A stretch of DNA of 64,000 nucleotides from Desulfosudis oleivorans (lineage in GTDB: Bacteria; Desulfobacterota; Desulfobacteria; Desulfobacterales; SURF-7), in NCBI GenBank assembly GCA_020723325.1, contig DYJD01000006.1, forward strand, positions 143,465 to 207,464, read 5' to 3'. Within the stretch, counting starts at the first letter, position 1. Every line of letters starts with the position of its first letter. Shown piece after piece: positions 59,515 to 64,000 of the stretch. Under the pieces are notes generated by a model, which was not told where the DNA came from, made no database searches, and was given only the letters and a program-made list of their open reading frames with translations. Position numbers and translations under genes: made by a program.

Positions 59515-59886
59515 ATGCCGACGATAAATCAGTTAGTTCGCAAGGGTAGAAAGCGGGTCAAAAAAAAGACCAATACGCCGGCGTTGAAAGGGGCGCCTCA
59601 GAAACGAGGAGTTTGCACCCGGGTATATACGTCAACGCCCAAAAAACCGAATTCAGCGCTTCGAAAAGTGGCGAGAGTGAGACTGACTACCGGTATAGAA
59701 GTTACCGCTTACATCCCGGGGATCGGGCACAATCTTCAGGAGCATTCCGTGGTGCTCGTTCGCGGGGGACGTGTGAAAGACCTTCCCGGTGTGAGATATC
59801 ATATTGTCCGCGGTACTCTTGATACGCTCGGGGTTGAGGATCGCAAGCAAGGCCGATCCAAATACGGTGCGAAAAAGCCGAAATAA
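59515..59886 (+). CDS. rpsL: 30S ribosomal protein S12
   Basis: [56 protein letters not shown]. Confidence 0.99.
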   Translation: MPTINQLVRKGRKRVKKKTNTPALKGAPQKRGVCTRVYTSTPKKPNSALRKVARVRLTTGIEVTAYIPGIGHNLQEHSVVLVRGGRVKDLPGVRYHIVRGTLDTLGVEDRKQGRSKYGAKKPK

Positions 59887-59933
59887 ATTCCCTGTAGCGC
59901 TGGACGGATTTTATAAACTATAAATCGAGTTAG

Positions 59934-60413
<480 letters not shown>

Positions 60414-60478
60414 GCGTGTACGGGCCGGGGTCGGCAGGATAAAGTAATAACGAACCAATGAAAAAAAACCGTTTTCGA

Positions 60479-61675
60479 GGAGGACGGGAAGATGGCGAAA
60501 GCGAAATTTGAGCGAACCAAGCCGCATGTCAATGTAGGTACGATCGGTCATATTGATCATGGCAAGACGACGCTGACGGCAGCGATCACGAAGCATGCAT
60601 CCTTGCGCGGGAACGCGCAGTATGTGCCTTTTGATCAGATTGACAAGGCTCCGGAGGAGAAGGAGCGCGGGATCACCATTGCCACCGCACATGTGGAGTA
60701 TCAGACGGATAAACGTCATTATGCGCATGTGGATTGTCCTGGTCATGCGGACTATATCAAGAACATGATCACGGGAGCAGCTCAGATGGACGGCGCCATT
60801 TTGGTGGTGGGTGCGGATGACGGCCCCATGCCCCAGACCCGCGAGCATATTCTGCTGGCCCGCCAGGTGGGTGTACCGCGGATAGTGGTGTTTTTGAACA
60901 AATGCGACATGGTGGATGATGAGGAACTGATCGAGCTGGTGGAGCTGGAATTGCGCGAGCTGCTGGACAAGTATGAGTTTCCCGGGGACGAGACCCCCAT
61001 CATCCGGGGCAGTGCTTTGAAGGCCTTGGAGAGCGACGATGTGAACAGCGAGGAAGCCAAGCCGATTTTTGCGTTGCTGGATGCGGTGGACTCGTACATA
61101 CCGGAGCCGGCCCGTGATATTGAGAAGCCGTTTTTGATGCCCATTGAGGATGTGTTCAGCATTTCCGGCCGCGGCACGGTGGTGACCGGTCGCGTGGAGC
61201 GCGGTATTATCAAGGTGGGCGAGGAAATCGAGATCGTGGGTCTGCGTCCCACGGCCAAGACGGTGTGCACTGGTGTTGAGATGTTCCGCAAGCTGCTGGA
61301 TGAAGGCCGGGCTGGAGACAACGTGGGTTTGTTGCTGCGGGGTACCAAGCGGGATGAAGTTGAGCGCGGTCAGGTGGTGGCGAAACCCGGTTCGATCACG
61401 CCGCACATGAAGTTCAAGGCGGAAGTGTATGTGTTGAGCAAGGAAGAGGGTGGGCGTCATACGCCGTTTTTCAGTGGGTACCGGCCGCAGTTTTTCTTCC
61501 GGACAACAGATGTGACGGGGATATTGACGCTGCCCGAGGGAGTGGAGATGGTCATGCCCGGCGACAATGTAACGATCACGGGCGAGCTGATTTCCCCCAT
61601 CGCCATGGAGAAAGAGCTGCGCTTTGCAGTGCGTGAAGGCGGTCGGACGGTGGGTGCCGGTGTCGTAAGTGATAT
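60479..61675 (+). repeat. 1197-bp direct repeat (tuf copy 2), identical to 45774-46970
   Basis: Same evidence as for copy 1. The offset between the copies is 14705 bp. Confidence 0.9.
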
Positions 61676-61685
61676 CATAGAATAA
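60492..61685 (+). CDS. tuf: Elongation factor Tu (copy 2, str-operon position)
   Basis: Its 397-aa product is identical to copy 1. Only the last codons differ, and synonymously (att ata gag tag versus atc ata gaa taa). Confidence 0.98.
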   Translation: MAKAKFERTKPHVNVGTIGHIDHGKTTLTAAITKHASLRGNAQYVPFDQIDKAPEEKERGITIATAHVEYQTDKRHYAHVDCPGHADYIKNMITGAAQMDGAILVVGADDGPMPQTREHILLARQVGVPRIVVFLNKCDMVDDEELIELVELELRELLDKYEFPGDETPIIRGSALKALESDDVNSEEAKPIFALLDAVDSYIPEPARDIEKPFLMPIEDVFSISGRGTVVTGRVERGIIKVGEEIEIVGLRPTAKTVCTGVEMFRKLLDEGRAGDNVGLLLRGTKRDEVERGQVVAKPGSITPHMKFKAEVYVLSKEEGGRHTPFFSGYRPQFFFRTTDVTGILTLPEGVEMVMPGDNVTITGELISPIAMEKELRFAVREGGRTVGAGVVSDIIE

Positions 61686-61704
61686 TGCGAAAGATTGTAT
61701 AACC

Positions 61705-62016
61705 ATGATGATGAATACGAAGATACGAATCAGACTGAAAGCATACGACCACAAGCTGTTGGATCAGTCGGCGGTGGATATCGTCAATACCGCAAGAAAA
61801 ACCGGCGCCAAGGTTCTGGGGCCCATTCCTTTGCCCACCAGAACCAACAAATATTGCGTATTACGATCACCGCACGTGAACAAGAAATCCCGGGAGCAGT
61901 TTGAAATTCGGACGCATAAGCGCTTGCTTGACATTCTCGAGCCGACCCAACAAACCGTGGACGCTCTGATGAAACTCGATTTGTCACCGGGTGTGGACGT
62001 TGAAATAAAACTGTAG
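61705..62016 (+). CDS. rpsJ: 30S ribosomal protein S10
   Basis: [40 protein letters not shown]. The start may be one of three consecutive ATGs (61705-61713). Confidence 0.98.
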   Translation: MMMNTKIRIRLKAYDHKLLDQSAVDIVNTARKTGAKVLGPIPLPTRTNKYCVLRSPHVNKKSREQFEIRTHKRLLDILEPTQQTVDALMKLDLSPGVDVEIKL

Positions 62017-62036
62017 CATAGGAAATTGGAATAGCC

Positions 62037-62675
62037 ATGTGTAGAGGAATGATAGGCAAAAAAATCGGAATGACCGGCCTGTTTGCACCGGATGGCCGGT
62101 ATGTGCCGGTGACGGTAATTCAAACAGGGCCGTGTGTCGTGACCCAGGTGAAAACCGAGACCACGGATGGATACAATGCGCTCCAACTGGGCTTTGGTGA
62201 GAAAAAGGCCGCACGGGTAAACAAACCGTTGACAGGCCATTTTGCCAAGAGCGGTGACAAGAAATTCTGGATTTTAAGGGAATTCAACGTAGAGAATCCT
62301 GCCGAATATCAAGTGGGACAAGCCATCACCGTGGACCTGTTCAAGATCGGGGATCGCGTGGACGTGATGGGGACCACCAAGGGTCGGGGTTTTGCCGGGG
62401 TAATGAAACGTCACGGCTTCAGCGGTGGCCGCAAAACCCATGGCAGCCACTGCGTACGGATTCCAGGCTCCATCGGCACTAGTGCTTGGCCGTCAAGGGT
62501 CACCAAGGGCAAGAAAATGCCCGGCAGATACGGTTTTGCCGCACAGACGAAAAAGAATGTGGAGATTGTTGATATCCGACCGGATGAGAATATTTTGTTG
62601 CTGAAGGGGACGATCCCGGGCAGCAAGGCCGGCTGGGTGAAGATCAATAAGATCAAAGCAAAAGCTAAAAAATGA
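62037..62675 (+). CDS. rplC: 50S ribosomal protein L3
   Basis: [25 protein letters not shown]...; start at 62037 or 62049. Confidence 0.97.
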   Translation: MCRGMIGKKIGMTGLFAPDGRYVPVTVIQTGPCVVTQVKTETTDGYNALQLGFGEKKAARVNKPLTGHFAKSGDKKFWILREFNVENPAEYQVGQAITVDLFKIGDRVDVMGTTKGRGFAGVMKRHGFSGGRKTHGSHCVRIPGSIGTSAWPSRVTKGKKMPGRYGFAAQTKKNVEIVDIRPDENILLLKGTIPGSKAGWVKINKIKAKAKK

Positions 62676-62771
62676 TGCTGATCCATTTTATGGGTATCGG
62701 CAAGCGCGCATATACCATCTAATGGTGCTGCTATAACCCATTGGTGAGAGTGAGCTGCTACGAGGAAAATT

Positions 62772-63395
62772 ATGGCTGTCATAGATGTTCAGAACAAAAA
62801 AGGGGAAAAGGTTTCGCAGATAGACCTGTCTGATGAAATCTTTGGTGTGCCGGTAAAGCCGGAAGTGTTGCATGAAGTCGTGGTTATGCAGCTTGCCAAA
62901 CGTCGCGCCGGAACGAGTTCGGTCAAGCGTAGATCGGATGTGAGCGGCAGTACGCGCAAGCTCTACCGCCAAAAAGGGACGGGCCGGGCCAGACGGGGTG
63001 ATATCAAATCACCGCTCATGCGCGGCGGCGGCGTTGTATTCGGGCCTGATCCACGGGATTATTCCTACCGGATCCCGAAGAAGAAAATAAGCCTGGCATT
63101 GAAAATGGCCTTGAGTAGTAAATTGTCGGACCAGGAATTGCTGGTGGTCGACGACCTCACCATGGAGGAAATCAAGACCAAAAAAATGGTTGAGATTACC
63201 CAGGCGCTCAAGATCAATAAGGCCCTGATCGTTACCGAGGCGGAAAATCGAAATCTGGAATTATCAGCAAGAAATATTCCTGGAATCAAAGTTCTGCGCA
63301 GCCAGGGCTTGAATGTCTATGATATTTTAAAATACAACAATCTGGTTTTATCCGCATCGGCCATTAAAGCCATTGAAGGGAGACTACTCGGATGA
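62772..63395 (+). CDS. rplD: 50S ribosomal protein L4
   Basis: [41 protein letters not shown]. Confidence 0.97.
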   Translation: MAVIDVQNKKGEKVSQIDLSDEIFGVPVKPEVLHEVVVMQLAKRRAGTSSVKRRSDVSGSTRKLYRQKGTGRARRGDIKSPLMRGGGVVFGPDPRDYSYRIPKKKISLALKMALSSKLSDQELLVVDDLTMEEIKTKKMVEITQALKINKALIVTEAENRNLELSARNIPGIKVLRSQGLNVYDILKYNNLVLSASAIKAIEGRLLG

Positions 63396-63679
63396 AATCA
63401 TACGATATTATCAAGCGACCACTGAACACGGAAAAGACGAACATTCAAAAGCAGGATCACAATCAGGTGTCATTTGAGGTTAACCGCAAGGCCAACCGCA
63501 TTGAGATCGGAAAATCCGTGGAAGAGATTTTCAAGGTTAAAGTGGCCGGAGTTAGGACCATGAATATGATTGGAAAAATTAAAAGACGCGGAAAAACAAT
63601 CAGTAAACCACATCAGTGGAAAAAGGCTGTGGTTACGTTGATGCCCGGCGAGCGCATCGATTTTTTTGAGGGCGTATAG
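63392..63679 (+). CDS. rplW: 50S ribosomal protein L23
   Basis: [51 protein letters not shown]. It overlaps rplD by 4 nt. Confidence 0.97.
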   Translation: MKSYDIIKRPLNTEKTNIQKQDHNQVSFEVNRKANRIEIGKSVEEIFKVKVAGVRTMNMIGKIKRRGKTISKPHQWKKAVVTLMPGERIDFFEGV

Positions 63680-63695
63680 GGGGTAGGAGAAGACA

Positions 63696-64000
63696 ATGGG
63701 AGTCAAGAAAGTAAAACCGACATCCTCAGGACGGCGTTCCCAGGAATACGATACCTTTGAAGATTTGTCCACCACGGAACCGGAAAAAAGCCTGCTGGTT
63801 CCGCTGCACAAATCCGGCGGCCGGAATTTCTATGGGCGCATAACTTCAAGGCACCGGGGCGGTGGGCACAGACGGCATTATCGCATCATTGATTTCAAAA
63901 GAGACAAAGCCGGCGTTCCGGCCAAAGTGGCCACCCTTGAATATGATCCCAATCGAAGCGCCCGGATCGCGCTATTGCATTATGCCGACGGTGAAAAACG
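63696..64000 (+). CDS. rplB: 50S ribosomal protein L2 (N-terminal part, truncated by the window end)
   Basis: Manual translation from the ATG at 63696: [71 protein letters not shown]. Not in the ORF track because no stop lies in the window. Confidence 0.95.
   Translation, partial: MGVKKVKPTSSGRRSQEYDTFEDLSTTEPEKSLLVPLHKSGGRNFYGRITSRHRGGGHRRHYRIIDFKRDKAGVPAKVATLEYDPNRSARIALLHYADGEK

Noticed and set aside
62676-62771. The 96-nt gap between rplC and rplD considered as a regulatory RNA or small ORF.
   Set aside because: I could find no convincing hairpin, ORF or motif by eye. The S10 leader normally lies upstream of rpsJ, not here.

Overview
This window looks like a core chromosomal segment of a sulfate-reducing Desulfobacterota (Desulfobacterales-like) genome. 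The assignment rests on a complete dsrMKJOP operon and on gene content; no database search was possible.

Left to right, the window contains:
- a DUF2339-like membrane protein
- a BvgS-like hybrid histidine kinase with a response regulator
- a small accessory islet with an orphan fatty-acyl-AMP ligase and a transposase remnant
- mtaD and a purine nucleoside phosphorylase
- polA
- a Cys-rich micro-protein followed by an AsmA/YhdP-like gene
- tatA
- a four-gene MetE-like / MoxR / VWA / CCG Fe-S operon
- two VapBC-type toxin-antitoxin pairs
- a translationally coupled hisI-hisG-aminotransferase-engB-era-ATP-grasp operon
- sbcB
- the RsbRD_N gene and dsrMKJOP
- a THUMP methyltransferase
- an A/T-richer divergent pair (LVIVD beta-propeller protein and zinc-ribbon membrane protein)
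- mltD
- the classical tRNA(Thr-Tyr-Gly-Thr)-tuf-rpmG-tRNA(Trp)-secE-nusG-rplKAJL-rpoBC-rpsLG-tuf-S10 region

The most unusual observation is a ~100-aa parvulin (PpiC-type PPIase)-like domain inserted in-frame inside rpoC at 56649-56948.

Other points worth a second look:
- two nucleotide-identical tuf copies
- a str operon without fusA
- hexamer inverted repeats upstream of tatA
- a dispersed TTCGAA-rich intergenic repeat
- a 12-Cys small ORF
- a Cys/His-rich C-terminal module on the response regulator
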